Origin: an uncultured Oligoflexus sp.
GTDB taxonomy: Bacteria > Bdellovibrionota_B > Oligoflexia > Oligoflexales > Oligoflexaceae
NCBI GenBank assembly: GCA_964236955.1
Contig: CAXSGP010000012.1
Location: 1 to 64,000 of the forward strand
Direction: 5' to 3'
DNA: 64,000 bases
Position numbers and translations under genes: made by a program. Below the pieces are notes generated by a model, which saw only the letters and a list, made by a program, of their open reading frames with translations, made no database searches and was not told where the DNA came from. Below are positions 39,595-49,413 of this stretch, piece by piece (the first letter of the stretch is position 1; the number at the start of each line of letters is the position of its first letter).

Positions 39595-39852
39595 ATGCGT
39601 AAGACCGAGTTTGACACCAAATTAATTATCTATAGAGCTCGCCAAATATTTATTTTGGTTAATGTCATTTTAGCTTTTGTGATTTTCACCCTCATGATAC
39701 TTGCCAACCAAAAGGCAGGCCTGCAGTGGTATACAGTTGCCGTCCCGATCACGGGCGTTGGTCTGCTTTTTCTGACCATACCCAAAACGGAAGAATGGCA
39801 ATATAAACCCTGGCAATCGAAGCCTCGTCAGATCGAACAGCAGGAGCGTTGA
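39595..39852 (+). CDS. Small two-TM membrane protein
   Basis: SD GAGGTG, two hydrophobic segments and a tail EEWQYKPWQ. Confidence 0.65.
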   Translation: MRKTEFDTKLIIYRARQIFILVNVILAFVIFTLMILANQKAGLQWYTVAVPITGVGLLFLTIPKTEEWQYKPWQSKPRQIEQQER

Positions 39853-39938
39853 TTGGGCGAATCGCTGTTGATCTCTTCTGCCGCGGCCTTAAGCGGCATT
39901 TTAAGGTGCTCTCATCAACGAGAACGCCTCGCTCCCTT

Positions 39939-40265
39939 CTATTTCAACCCGCAGCCCTGAGAATTTTGAAAGAAAATAAGGGCGAGTGCTGCGCTACAAA
40001 AGACTATAACGAGCGATGCCAGCCAGCGGCTTGCGGCCCTTTGATTATGCCTCAGGGTATTTAAGGAAATAGCTTCGGCAAGAGGGGGCCGGTGAGGATC
40101 GGCTACAAAACTGGAAATTTTCAGTCGAAGCCGAGCCTCCGCTTCATCCAGCTCGACTTCCGATAAAGCATCGACCAAACTTTCGGCTTCAACCAAATAC
40201 TGATGGAATTTATGATCAACTTCTATCTTTAGGGTACGAATCGCCATTTGAGTTCCTTCCGCCAT
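39939..40265 (-). CDS. Hypothetical protein with C-terminal TM segment
   Basis: 108-aa ORF downstream of the ECF sigma gene; WLASLVIVFCSAALALIFF. Confidence 0.5.
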   Translation of the reverse strand: MAEGTQMAIRTLKIEVDHKFHQYLVEAESLVDALSEVELDEAEARLRLKISSFVADPHRPPLAEAISLNTLRHNQRAASRWLASLVIVFCSAALALIFFQNSQGCGLK

Positions 40266-40320
40266 CCAGGAAATGGTATTTCCACTCTGAGAGGACCTGG
40301 GATGGCGAGCTTTATTGCAT

Positions 40321-40896
40321 TTAGCGCGTTACCGTTTCCAAACCCTGGGCTTCGACGAGCCGCATCATGGCCTGACCGACGATAAGCCGAAAGCGACGAA
40401 GGTGAGATAAAACTGTGTTTTTATTCATAAAAAGAGCTTCACAAATATCTTTTACCGATTTCTCCTCGATGTAGAACATTTTTGCCACAGTGGCACGCGG
40501 CTCCCCCTCATGGAGGGCGATGAGCTGCTGCAGCAACGCTAGGGAATGCTCAAATTGAAGCGAGGCATAGTCATCTTCGGCTACTAAAATGACTTCGGCT
40601 CCCCCACCGTCCTCAGGGTCGCTGATAGAATCGGTCCTAGCGATCGCTACGTTTTTCTTGGTCTGGCGCAACTCATTAAGACATTTATTTCGTGCTATCA
40701 TCATCAGCCAACCACTGAACGCGGCGGGCTCTTTGAGACTGCTGAGATTCTGCCAGGCCTGAATAAAAATATCCTGGATCAAATCATCCTGAGCCGCATC
40801 GGTAAAGCGAAAGCGCGCAACCACGGCACGAACGGCCGAATAATGCCGACGGTAGAGAGTTTCAAAATCAAGAGGCACACTTAGGGGAATGACCAC
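40321..40896 (-). CDS. ECF RNA polymerase sigma factor
   Basis: Sigma2: FETLYRRH, DDLIQDIFIQAW, FSGWLMMIARNKCLN. Sigma4: SVKDICEAL...TVLSHLRR. Confidence 0.9.
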   Translation of the reverse strand: MVIPLSVPLDFETLYRRHYSAVRAVVARFRFTDAAQDDLIQDIFIQAWQNLSSLKEPAAFSGWLMMIARNKCLNELRQTKKNVAIARTDSISDPEDGGGAEVILVAEDDYASLQFEHSLALLQQLIALHEGEPRATVAKMFYIEEKSVKDICEALFMNKNTVLSHLRRFRLIVGQAMMRLVEAQGLETVTR

Positions 40897-41757
40897 TTAT
40901 TTCCCCTTCACGTTGATGGAATCCGACCATAGGACATGGGCGCTGCCGATCGTGTGATCGAAGGCTGGTTCCGGCTCTAAGGCAGAATCCCTGTCTTTGA
41001 TTTCAAAGAGGTTGATATCGGTACCAATGCCGATATTGGTTAATGCGATTCTATAGCTTACCTGAGCCTTGGCTTTTAGTTTAAAAGCCAGATCCTCTTG
41101 GGTAATCGAAGTCCGTACATTGCGTAGAACCGGAACATTTCTAAACTCGGTGGCTGGGGGGGTCAGGCTCCAAAGTTGAATAAAGCCTGCCGTATCACAC
41201 AGCACTGAAATGTCAAAATTTTCAGAAGGGGTCACAATATAGCTTTGACCATTAGCGGATTCCTCAACCGATTCGGGGGCTTTTCCAGTCACATTAACAT
41301 CGCAAAAACTGGCGCTAGCGTTGGCATGCGCCGCCGTGTTTTCCAAGCCTTTGGTCTGCTGGGCATAATCCACAGGGACATGCGGGGTTTTTCGCAGCAG
41401 CGGATAGAAAACTAACAAGGCAACCGCAGCGACGGCAATGCCACCGACTGTGGTCCAGGGCAGCGGTCTTTTCTTGGCCTGAAAGGGTACCAGCCGTCCC
41501 AACTGCTCGTCTTTTGCCGTAGGCGACGTGGCATCCATGCGCTGGCGTATCTCTTCCCAATTCATATTGATAGTATCGGTCGACGGGTCACCCACAGAAT
41601 GTCCCCGGGCGAAATCACGGATCCGTCCCTCCAAAGCCAGTTCATCAGCCCTAAGTCCGGCTTCAGACAGGGCGTCGACGCGCGCCTCTTCTTCCTTCAG
41701 CAGCGCCTTGAGCTTTTTAAGGTCATTCGGATCGAGTTTGATTTTTCGTTGGTCCAC
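40897..41757 (-). CDS. Putative membrane-spanning anti-sigma factor
   Basis: Helical cytoplasmic N-terminus (WEEIRQRM), one TM (WTTVGGIAVAAVALLVFYPLL), beta-rich periplasmic domain with two Cys. Its stop abuts the sigma start. Confidence 0.7.
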   Translation of the reverse strand: MDQRKIKLDPNDLKKLKALLKEEEARVDALSEAGLRADELALEGRIRDFARGHSVGDPSTDTINMNWEEIRQRMDATSPTAKDEQLGRLVPFQAKKRPLPWTTVGGIAVAAVALLVFYPLLRKTPHVPVDYAQQTKGLENTAAHANASASFCDVNVTGKAPESVEESANGQSYIVTPSENFDISVLCDTAGFIQLWSLTPPATEFRNVPVLRNVRTSITQEDLAFKLKAKAQVSYRIALTNIGIGTDINLFEIKDRDSALEPEPAFDHTIGSAHVLWSDSINVKGK

Positions 41758-41850
41758 AATCTTGTCCTATCAATAATTCGAATAAAGAACTGCAAGCGCG
41801 CTTCGCTGCCGATTATGCCTGGACGCCATGAAATTTCAATTGTTCTCAGC

Positions 41851-43524
41851 CTACCAGAAGCTACCCACATACATCGAGACTGATGGTACCGGCAGGACTC
41901 GCGTCGACTCGTCGGTAAAGTTCTTATCAAGATCGGTCCGCGCCTCAATACCAGCACGCACCAAGTGATAGGCCCAGGTCACTTCCATGGCTCCTCCGAC
42001 CGTTACGCCCCCGGTGAGTACCGATTTGTTCAGTTGGTCAAAAGCCGGTTCTGAGAGCGTGCGATTAAGACCAAGGGCCTGGACCCCGGCAAGCCAACGG
42101 ACTTCGGTATGGATGCTGCGATCGCTCCGGCTCAACGATTCCACGGGAAAGCGGCGTGCGGCGGCAACCATGAAGTTATACATGCTACGGCTTTGGTCAA
42201 ACTTTCTTTTACCGCTCAATGCCGTCTGAACCTCGATCTCCTCTTTCTGTTTGGGAAAATAAGTCGCATCGAGAATCAGATCGTAGAGGGAAAAGGCTTC
42301 GGCATAGGTATAGCGAAGATCGATACCCTGTGAGCCATCCGGTGCAAACCCCCTTTGGGTCGTGCGATCCAAAAACTGTTGGCTTCGGGCACCGATCGTC
42401 ACGCTGTGGGGCAGTCGAGGCAGCAGATAATTGGCGATCGAATACTCGCGGCCGCTTTGGAAATTCACCACGCGATCGGCGAGGACCTGTTGATTCTGAG
42501 GATCTTTGATCGTAAGGCGCACATCGCCTTCCGGCACGCTGAGGCCTTTTTCAACCGAGCCAAAGTCTTTCCCGTCAATGCTCACGACCAGTTGTGAGAA
42601 TCGATCCATCAGGGAGAAAAGGCTGGCCGATTGGCTGGCCTTATCCTTCGGCTTCAAGGCCCCCGATACGATCACGGGATCGGAGCCAAGCAGCTCCATA
42701 ATTGCCGACGGCCGCTGTTTCCCCTGAGTAAATTCGTAGGTTTTTTGAGCGGCATAGGCATGGGCCTCGGTGATCGAAACCGCACCGTCCTGGTTTCTGT
42801 CCTGATCAAACCCTTCGATAAGAAAGTGCGTATAGACATCGTTTTGCAGGCGTTCATCCTCAAGCGCCGGCTCCCGCCATCCACTCGCGGTGAGGATGAT
42901 GGATCCCTCCGAGCGCTCCTGAATGGGCTCTTCAAAATAAGGGGCTTTCAACCGGGCCAAGGCTCGTTTCATATCAGGCGTCAACACGGACTTGCCGACT
43001 CCGGAATGGCAGAAAGCCAGGATCAATACTTTTTTGCGCGATTTTAGCGCTTGAAAGGAGCTGATCAGCTGATCATAATCGAGCGCCGTTTCTTTCATAT
43101 TCTGAGGGTCGGTTTTACTCGTGATGATGTAGCGGCCGATTTTGCCACCATCCTTGTAAGCGACAGTTCCATGGGAGGAAACATAGACGATGACGGTATC
43201 CTCTTCATTGCGATTGTCCTGCTCAACCCGTTTGAAGGCCTTGCGGATGTCGTCAGCCGTCAAAGGGTTCAGGGCATCGTTGAGCTCCTGTCCACCATCA
43301 AATCCCTGACCATCCTTACGAAAATACTTATAGACGTCACTGGCATCTTTTCTCGAAAACTTAAGCCCTCGCCAGACTTCATTATCAAACGTCCCGATCC
43401 CGATGGAGAGAATGAATTTTTTAGGACGTAGACTTTCCACAACTGAATTTTTTGAAGGCTGAGCGATCAGCGGAACCGCTCCGAAAGCACAGCCGAGTCT
43501 TGCCAGTCGCCATAAAAATCGCAC
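41851..43524 (-). CDS. Exported caspase-family (C14) protease with PEGA-like spacer and predicted C-terminal beta-barrel
   Basis: ILSIGI, KDA, YVSSHG (His), ILAFCHSG (Cys), ILTAS, VYTHFLIEG, QRP. Amphipathic beta-strands end in MYVGSFW. Likely GTG start at 43524 after GGGAG. Confidence 0.82.
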   Translation of the reverse strand: MRFLWRLARLGCAFGAVPLIAQPSKNSVVESLRPKKFILSIGIGTFDNEVWRGLKFSRKDASDVYKYFRKDGQGFDGGQELNDALNPLTADDIRKAFKRVEQDNRNEEDTVIVYVSSHGTVAYKDGGKIGRYIITSKTDPQNMKETALDYDQLISSFQALKSRKKVLILAFCHSGVGKSVLTPDMKRALARLKAPYFEEPIQERSEGSIILTASGWREPALEDERLQNDVYTHFLIEGFDQDRNQDGAVSITEAHAYAAQKTYEFTQGKQRPSAIMELLGSDPVIVSGALKPKDKASQSASLFSLMDRFSQLVVSIDGKDFGSVEKGLSVPEGDVRLTIKDPQNQQVLADRVVNFQSGREYSIANYLLPRLPHSVTIGARSQQFLDRTTQRGFAPDGSQGIDLRYTYAEAFSLYDLILDATYFPKQKEEIEVQTALSGKRKFDQSRSMYNFMVAAARRFPVESLSRSDRSIHTEVRWLAGVQALGLNRTLSEPAFDQLNKSVLTGGVTVGGAMEVTWAYHLVRAGIEARTDLDKNFTDESTRVLPVPSVSMYVGSFW

Positions 43525-43558
43525 GATATCTCCCGCCACTTCATTAATGTCGGCCTGC

Positions 43559-46500
43559 TCAGGCTATTGGTTTTGTTTTTGCCGCTTCTTGCGCCACTGC
43601 GGGGAGCCGATAGATATAATCCGGAAAATGACCCACCGCCTGCGATCCCAATGACTTTCTAAGTTCGCCATAGACATCGGAGGTGATCCAGTTTTCAAGG
43701 TCCCAGCGCAGCCGCAAAGGAGCTCGCATGCGCTCAAGGTTATGCAGAGCGCCCCCATGATCCTGATGAATCGTCGTCGCCAGAATCACGAGAAACCGCC
43801 CTAAAATCTCCTGGCCTTTGAGATCATCAAAACGTTTCGACATCTGAGCCAGTTCGTACCAGGCCTTTCTTTGCTGCGGTGTCAGAGCCCGCAGCCAGCG
43901 CCCGACTTTCCCCGCGGCAACCGAGTCCGAGGTTCGTGACATACGGGGAACCAGCGTTTCAATCTGCTGACTGAGCAGGCTCAGTTGCCATTCCCAGGCG
44001 GTGATGCCAAGACGTTGCGCCAATGCCACAAAAGTCAGGGACCACTTGGAATCGACGAGATTGCTAAAAAAGATGGGTTTGGCCTGCCAGAGACCGTTGG
44101 GGTTCGGTGAATAGCTTTTCCTGGCCGGAATGAGCCAGCTCATCTTATCGAGACTGTCCTGCACAGCGGCTTCATGATTGGTCAGGGGTTTGCCCTTCTT
44201 TAAGGGCACCAGATGTTCATTGAGCCCCGCAAGCAACTCGGGTACGAGGGGGCCTATGCTGACCAGCGATTCCACGAGGCGCCTTTCATAGCCCTCGAAA
44301 CATTCAAAGATGCTTTTAAGATGGTTGTCTTTCAAGAGCAGGATGGGAAAGTCCCGGCGCTTTTCCCCACAGATGGACCAGTGGGTTTCGACGTCTGCGG
44401 ACAGCACCTGGCGGGCCTGGATCAAAGTTGCCGCGCGCCAGGAAAGATCGGTTTTCTTGAGGAAGAAGCCAAGTTCCCAGACGCGGTTGAGGCTTTGATT
44501 GGTATGGTGAAAGATCGCAGCCCGACGGCCTTGGACAAAGAGTTCCAGCGACCACTGCTGTCGCTCACGGGCCATGGTCTCAAGGGTCGCGAGGACCTCG
44601 GTGCCTGGTTCCTGAACATGCTGAAGATAGGCAAGCACATCCGCTTCACTGAGATCACGGGTTTCGCCGCAGAGTTTGATCATGAGCAGAAGGCGCACGC
44701 GCAGCGCCTCGTCGAGACGCTCGGATTTGCTGATCCACTGCGTAAGGCCACGATGCAGCTGCTGCCAGGAGTGGAGCAGAGGCTTGCCATGATGGGCTAA
44801 TGCCTCGTGGTAAAAGCGTCTGGCATCCCAAAGCTTTTTTTCATCCTGTCCGACTCCCCAGCCAAATTCATGAAGAAGGGCAACGGCCCGCCAGTACCAG
44901 GTTTTCACCGGATTACGAAAGTCATGATCGAGAACCGGAGCCCACAGGGAATGTTCAAACGCCGGTTTAAAATAATGGGTCGCCCGATCGGCAAAGGTCT
45001 TAAGTATATTGGGCAGTATTTTTTCGAGTCCGGAAAATTGCAAAAGCATTTCGGAAACGATCTGCCAGGCCTCGGGTGTTTCCGGAAACCAACGCAAGGG
45101 ATCGGCCAACAGAGCGTTCAGAGCCGCGCGATCCTTGGGAGCAAGATGTTCGAGACGCTGAATTCTTAAGAGAAAGGAATCAAAAAGACCAACCCTTGCC
45201 TTCCAGTCGAGTTCACGACTGAGCTTTTGCCCATAGATGCAGTAGCCCTTGTCATCGCGCTCGATTTTCAGATCCAAAAGTACATCGATAGCTCGCGAAA
45301 ATTCGGGAGCACTTTGGGGAATCGTCTCCAGCAAACGGATCGCCAGAGCCTCCTCTTCGGCTTTGAGGGCGCTCTGCCCCAGGGCGTAAGCAAATTCGGT
45401 CTCGGATTTATGAAAAACGGAGCCGTATTGTTTTTGAACATTCCAGAGTTCACTGTCATTTCTTTTGAACCACTTGAAAGCCTGATCACCCTGACTTCGA
45501 TCGATCAGCGACCACACGCAATACCATCGTTCAAATGGTATGAGTTCGAGCAGCATATCCTTTCGGAATAGGAATTGGTCAAGGAAATCATGCCGTTTCG
45601 CCTGCCATAGTTTGGTCAGTGTATGGGTACGGGTCTGACCTTGAAGCAAAAGGTAATACTCGATAGCCTGGCGATTGAGATAGGTAAGCACCTCTTCCAA
45701 TTCGATGGCACTGCCGTACATCAGGGAAAGTTCAACGAGTCGGGCTGCGGTATCGGGCCGCGGGAATCGTTCGTAGAGACGCCAGGCCTCGGCTTTAAAT
45801 GTGGACCATTTTTGACCCGCCTCTATTTTTTGCCTGAGCAGGATCTCGGCCTCAACAAAGTCGTCAACCGGCGATTTTTGCCCAGCTGCGGGTGGCGAAA
45901 CCTTGCGAGCTGCAATCGCTGCATCGATTGCTTTTTTGTTGGCCTCTTGTACAGCGGCCTTGGGTGAACTGTGAAGATACTGAGGCACCGCTTTGGCATC
46001 GACGCCAGGCAACACCGTCACCGCCGGTCCTGAAACCGCACCCGACACGCGCGCCGGAGCCGGAGCCTGAGCCCATATTTTGATTGGATTTGCAGGGGGC
46101 TCTGGATCCAGAATCGCGGTTGCTGTCCGTACCGTTTTTGGGTGATTTAACCCATTAGCCGCCGGGGACGTAGAGGGAGCAACGGCGGGAGCAGCGGCAG
46201 CAGGCGCCGATTTTTGTTCTGCGGGGGCCATCGGCTGAGCCCGATTGGCTTCGAGAATCGGCGGAAGGGGTTTGGGTTTTATTAAACTTTTATCTGGTTC
46301 CCGTATCGAGGTCGGCATGTTGAGTTCATTGCGGGCAAAGGCCCGGGTCAGGCGCTCGATTTCGGCATCATCGATGCGTTCGACTTCGGGATAACGGGAG
46401 GGATAATGCACCTCGGGCTTGACCTCGGTCTGGGCGATCTCGACCTTACTTACGCTCCGGCCAGCTTCCCCGAAAATCTGCCTCCGAATCTCGTCGAGCG

Positions 46501-46612
46501 TTGCAGACGATAGATTGAGGGCTTCCGCCAGCCTTAAAATGCGCAAGCCTTCGCCACTAGTTTGGGTGCGCGTGTGAGCTGAACCTTCACGACGTTTGCG
46601 TTCCTCATCCAT
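43559..46612 (-). CDS. Large hypothetical protein: Pro/Ala-rich linker plus long alpha-helical (TPR-like) region
   Basis: 1017-aa ORF; low-complexity region around residues 100-250; C-terminal DLENWITSDVYGELRKSLG. Confidence 0.75.
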   Translation of the reverse strand: MDEERKRREGSAHTRTQTSGEGLRILRLAEALNLSSATLDEIRRQIFGEAGRSVSKVEIAQTEVKPEVHYPSRYPEVERIDDAEIERLTRAFARNELNMPTSIREPDKSLIKPKPLPPILEANRAQPMAPAEQKSAPAAAAPAVAPSTSPAANGLNHPKTVRTATAILDPEPPANPIKIWAQAPAPARVSGAVSGPAVTVLPGVDAKAVPQYLHSSPKAAVQEANKKAIDAAIAARKVSPPAAGQKSPVDDFVEAEILLRQKIEAGQKWSTFKAEAWRLYERFPRPDTAARLVELSLMYGSAIELEEVLTYLNRQAIEYYLLLQGQTRTHTLTKLWQAKRHDFLDQFLFRKDMLLELIPFERWYCVWSLIDRSQGDQAFKWFKRNDSELWNVQKQYGSVFHKSETEFAYALGQSALKAEEEALAIRLLETIPQSAPEFSRAIDVLLDLKIERDDKGYCIYGQKLSRELDWKARVGLFDSFLLRIQRLEHLAPKDRAALNALLADPLRWFPETPEAWQIVSEMLLQFSGLEKILPNILKTFADRATHYFKPAFEHSLWAPVLDHDFRNPVKTWYWRAVALLHEFGWGVGQDEKKLWDARRFYHEALAHHGKPLLHSWQQLHRGLTQWISKSERLDEALRVRLLLMIKLCGETRDLSEADVLAYLQHVQEPGTEVLATLETMARERQQWSLELFVQGRRAAIFHHTNQSLNRVWELGFFLKKTDLSWRAATLIQARQVLSADVETHWSICGEKRRDFPILLLKDNHLKSIFECFEGYERRLVESLVSIGPLVPELLAGLNEHLVPLKKGKPLTNHEAAVQDSLDKMSWLIPARKSYSPNPNGLWQAKPIFFSNLVDSKWSLTFVALAQRLGITAWEWQLSLLSQQIETLVPRMSRTSDSVAAGKVGRWLRALTPQQRKAWYELAQMSKRFDDLKGQEILGRFLVILATTIHQDHGGALHNLERMRAPLRLRWDLENWITSDVYGELRKSLGSQAVGHFPDYIYRLPAVAQEAAKTKPIA

Positions 46613-46812
46613 GCCAACAGCTCCCTCGAATAGATTTTGATCTATTTTAGCATAGTCAAGAGGTCTGGTAGGAATTAGCTGAGCTACAAATTTCTAGAGA
46701 GATGCCTGCAATCGCGTCATAAAGTACATATCGGCCTTGACCTTTTCAGGCTAATTCGATATGCCTCGACCGTCCCTTCTCTCGTGGCGACTTAATTAGG
46801 TAGGTACTCGGC

Positions 46813-48252
46813 ATGATCCATCTGCTTGCGCTTGACCTCGATGGTAGCATAGTGGATTTTCTGGAGAGAGAATCACGCGATATTGAATGCTTAATTCATA
46901 CGGCTGGCAGCCACTATGAACTTGTCGTCAAATGCCAAGAGAATCGTTATGACGCCATTTTTATCGATCTCGACCATCCCCGGGCCGGCCGTCTTGACGA
47001 GCTTGATCAGCTTAAGGTGCTTACCCCTTCTGTAAAATGTTACGTTCTCAGCTCTTTCCCTCAGTGGGAACAAGCTCTATTGGCACTTAAAAGCGGCGCT
47101 GAAGATTATTTAGCCAAGCCGATGCAATGCGATCGCTTTCATGCCCTTTTTCAGCAACTGCATAAACGCCAGATTCCAGTCAAACGTCCTGAGGAGCTAA
47201 AGCTCGACTTTCAAAAATCCAAGCGCATCATCGGTCGCTCCCTGGCGATCCATCGTGTGTACGATCTTATTTTGCGTCTGGCACGCGTCGACACCTCGGT
47301 GCTCATCCGTGGTGAGAGCGGAACGGGTAAAGAGCTGGTCGCGCAGGCTCTGCATTACAATTCCTCGCGACGGGCAGGGCCTTTTGTTGCGGTAAACTGC
47401 GGGGCTATTCCCGAGAATCTTATCGAGAGTGAGCTTTTCGGCTATGAAAAAGGCACTTTTACCGGTGCGGACCGCAAAAAACTCGGCAAATTTCAATTTG
47501 CTCACGGCGGGTCCATTTTCCTCGACGAGCTTGGCGATGTGTCGCAGCAGACGCAGGTCAAACTCCTGCGCGTTCTGCAGGAAAGAAAGATCACGCCGGT
47601 GGGAAGCAACCAGGATATAGCGATCGATGTCCGCATCATTTCGGCGACGAATAAGCAATTGGAAAAAATGATGCAGGAGGGCAAGTTCCGATCCGATCTT
47701 TATTATCGGCTCAACGTCATGCCTATCAACCTGCCGCCGCTACGCGAGCGCCGTGAGGATATCGAGGATATCGCGGGATTCATGATAGAAAAATTCAATC
47801 GTTTGCACGATCGCAAGATCCAATCAATCCACGCCAACGCTTTGGATGCCCTCAGGTCCTATGACTGGCCAGGCAACATTCGCGAACTTGAAAACGTCAT
47901 TGAACATGCTTTTATTATTGAAGGCAGCGATGAGATTCATCTCGAGGCTTTGCCTATCCATATCAAGGATAGCGAAATCCTGGCTCATGATGAGGAAGCT
48001 GATAATAGCAGCAGTGAGCCCTTGCCCGATCTGCAAAAGGAACTGCGCAAGTTCGAAGAGGCGATGTCGACCAGCAATTCGCTTAAATACCCCGAATTGA
48101 AAGAGCAGTTTGAAAAAGAATTTATACGCCGGGCTCTAAAGGCTTTCAATGGCCGCATCAATCAAACGGCAGAACAGACCCAGATGACAAAGGTCACCCT
48201 TTTAAGAAAGCTGGAAAAATACAACATCAATCCCAAAGAATTTCAGCACTAA
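46813..48252 (+). CDS. Sigma-54-dependent activator (NtrC family: REC, AAA+, Fis HTH)
   Basis: GESGTGKELVA, ESELFG...GTFTGA, FLDELG, LLRVLQE, WPGNIRELEN. Confidence 0.93.
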   Translation: MIHLLALDLDGSIVDFLERESRDIECLIHTAGSHYELVVKCQENRYDAIFIDLDHPRAGRLDELDQLKVLTPSVKCYVLSSFPQWEQALLALKSGAEDYLAKPMQCDRFHALFQQLHKRQIPVKRPEELKLDFQKSKRIIGRSLAIHRVYDLILRLARVDTSVLIRGESGTGKELVAQALHYNSSRRAGPFVAVNCGAIPENLIESELFGYEKGTFTGADRKKLGKFQFAHGGSIFLDELGDVSQQTQVKLLRVLQERKITPVGSNQDIAIDVRIISATNKQLEKMMQEGKFRSDLYYRLNVMPINLPPLRERREDIEDIAGFMIEKFNRLHDRKIQSIHANALDALRSYDWPGNIRELENVIEHAFIIEGSDEIHLEALPIHIKDSEILAHDEEADNSSSEPLPDLQKELRKFEEAMSTSNSLKYPELKEQFEKEFIRRALKAFNGRINQTAEQTQMTKVTLLRKLEKYNINPKEFQH

Positions 48253-48351
48253 GCATAGCGCGCCGCTACACTGAGCTTGGCTGTCGGCCAGTTGCGGCTT
48301 ACGCTGGCCTTTGGCCTTGATCCTGGCCGACCTCAAGGCACACCACCGCAT

Positions 48352-49380
48352 TCAATTCAAAGTCCTCATGGCGCGTATTAAATCATCGGCTGCTGCTGCC
48401 CAGCTTCTATTAAGCAAAGCGTGCTGTCGGTTCACCCGTACATTGTGGCTCAAGCCCTGATAGCTTTTCAAAAACTCAAGGGCTTCGTCCACACAGTCGA
48501 GGCTCAGGGGAGCGGGGACTATCAAGCCATGCTCACCGCGCGCAAAGAGTGAGCCGGCGATGCCGACATCAGTCGTCAGTATGGGTAAACCGAGCTGCGC
48601 TGTTTCCAGGAGAACCTGGCCGAAATTTTCATACTGGCTTGGGAAAAACGCGACATCCATGTTGAGATAGATGCGGAGCTGCTGCTCCAGGGGAAGGGCT
48701 CCAACGAAGCTCACGTCGTCGCCGAAACCGTATTCATCGACCCCTGCCACGAGCTGATCCACGTAGCGATCGTCCACTTCCTTTGAAGCGTTGTAATCAC
48801 GATCGCTAGTCGGTGTTCCAATAATATACCAATGAAAACTGAGACCTTTTTCCTCGAGTGCCCGTAAAAACGGCAAAGCCTCAAGCAGTCCCTTGCGCGG
48901 CATGATGTTCGCCACTGTTACGAGGCGCAGGCGATCGTGTTCTCTTCGCTGAGGGAGGAGGGCTCGCATTCGCGTATCGATTCCGGGTAGACAAGTCATG
49001 ATAATTTGGTCAGGCAATTCGCGCTGCAGCCGCTGGGTGATAGGCTCGGAGGTGGCCACGAGGCGCGAGCATGCACTCAGGGCCTTTTGCCAATCCTGGG
49101 TTTGCTCCGGAAGGGAATGGACGAGAAATCCGCCTGAGGGGGTTTTGGCTAAGGCTCTGGCAGAGGCTGTGTAAATCCAGGCGCTATCAAAGAGCAGTGT
49201 GTCGCCCGGACCAAGCTCTACCCAATCCTCTTTATCCAGGGCAATCCGTTCTATTTTGCCATGGCTTGCTGCGGCCAGGTTTTTATTGAAGAGAAAATTC
49301 CCCGTCAATGCTTGATCCGTCTTAGGTTCCAGGATACAGATCACGTGAACTCCATTATTTCGTGCTGCGTCAACTCGCAT
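48352..49380 (-). CDS. Glycosyltransferase family 4
   Basis: VANIMPRKG, FPSQYENFGQVLLE, LPILTTDVG. Start moved to ATG 49380 to avoid overlap with ruvC. Confidence 0.85.
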   Translation of the reverse strand: MRVDAARNNGVHVICILEPKTDQALTGNFLFNKNLAAASHGKIERIALDKEDWVELGPGDTLLFDSAWIYTASARALAKTPSGGFLVHSLPEQTQDWQKALSACSRLVATSEPITQRLQRELPDQIIMTCLPGIDTRMRALLPQRREHDRLRLVTVANIMPRKGLLEALPFLRALEEKGLSFHWYIIGTPTSDRDYNASKEVDDRYVDQLVAGVDEYGFGDDVSFVGALPLEQQLRIYLNMDVAFFPSQYENFGQVLLETAQLGLPILTTDVGIAGSLFARGEHGLIVPAPLSLDCVDEALEFLKSYQGLSHNVRVNRQHALLNRSWAAAADDLIRAMRTLN

Positions 49381-49413
49381 TCTGCTATGATTTGAGAAAA
49401 AGAGGGGCCGGCC

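Noticed and set aside
48275..48340. Inverted repeat GTCGGCCAG...CTGGCCGAC
   Set aside because: Most simply a terminator or stability hairpin between convergent genes; no second copy seen.
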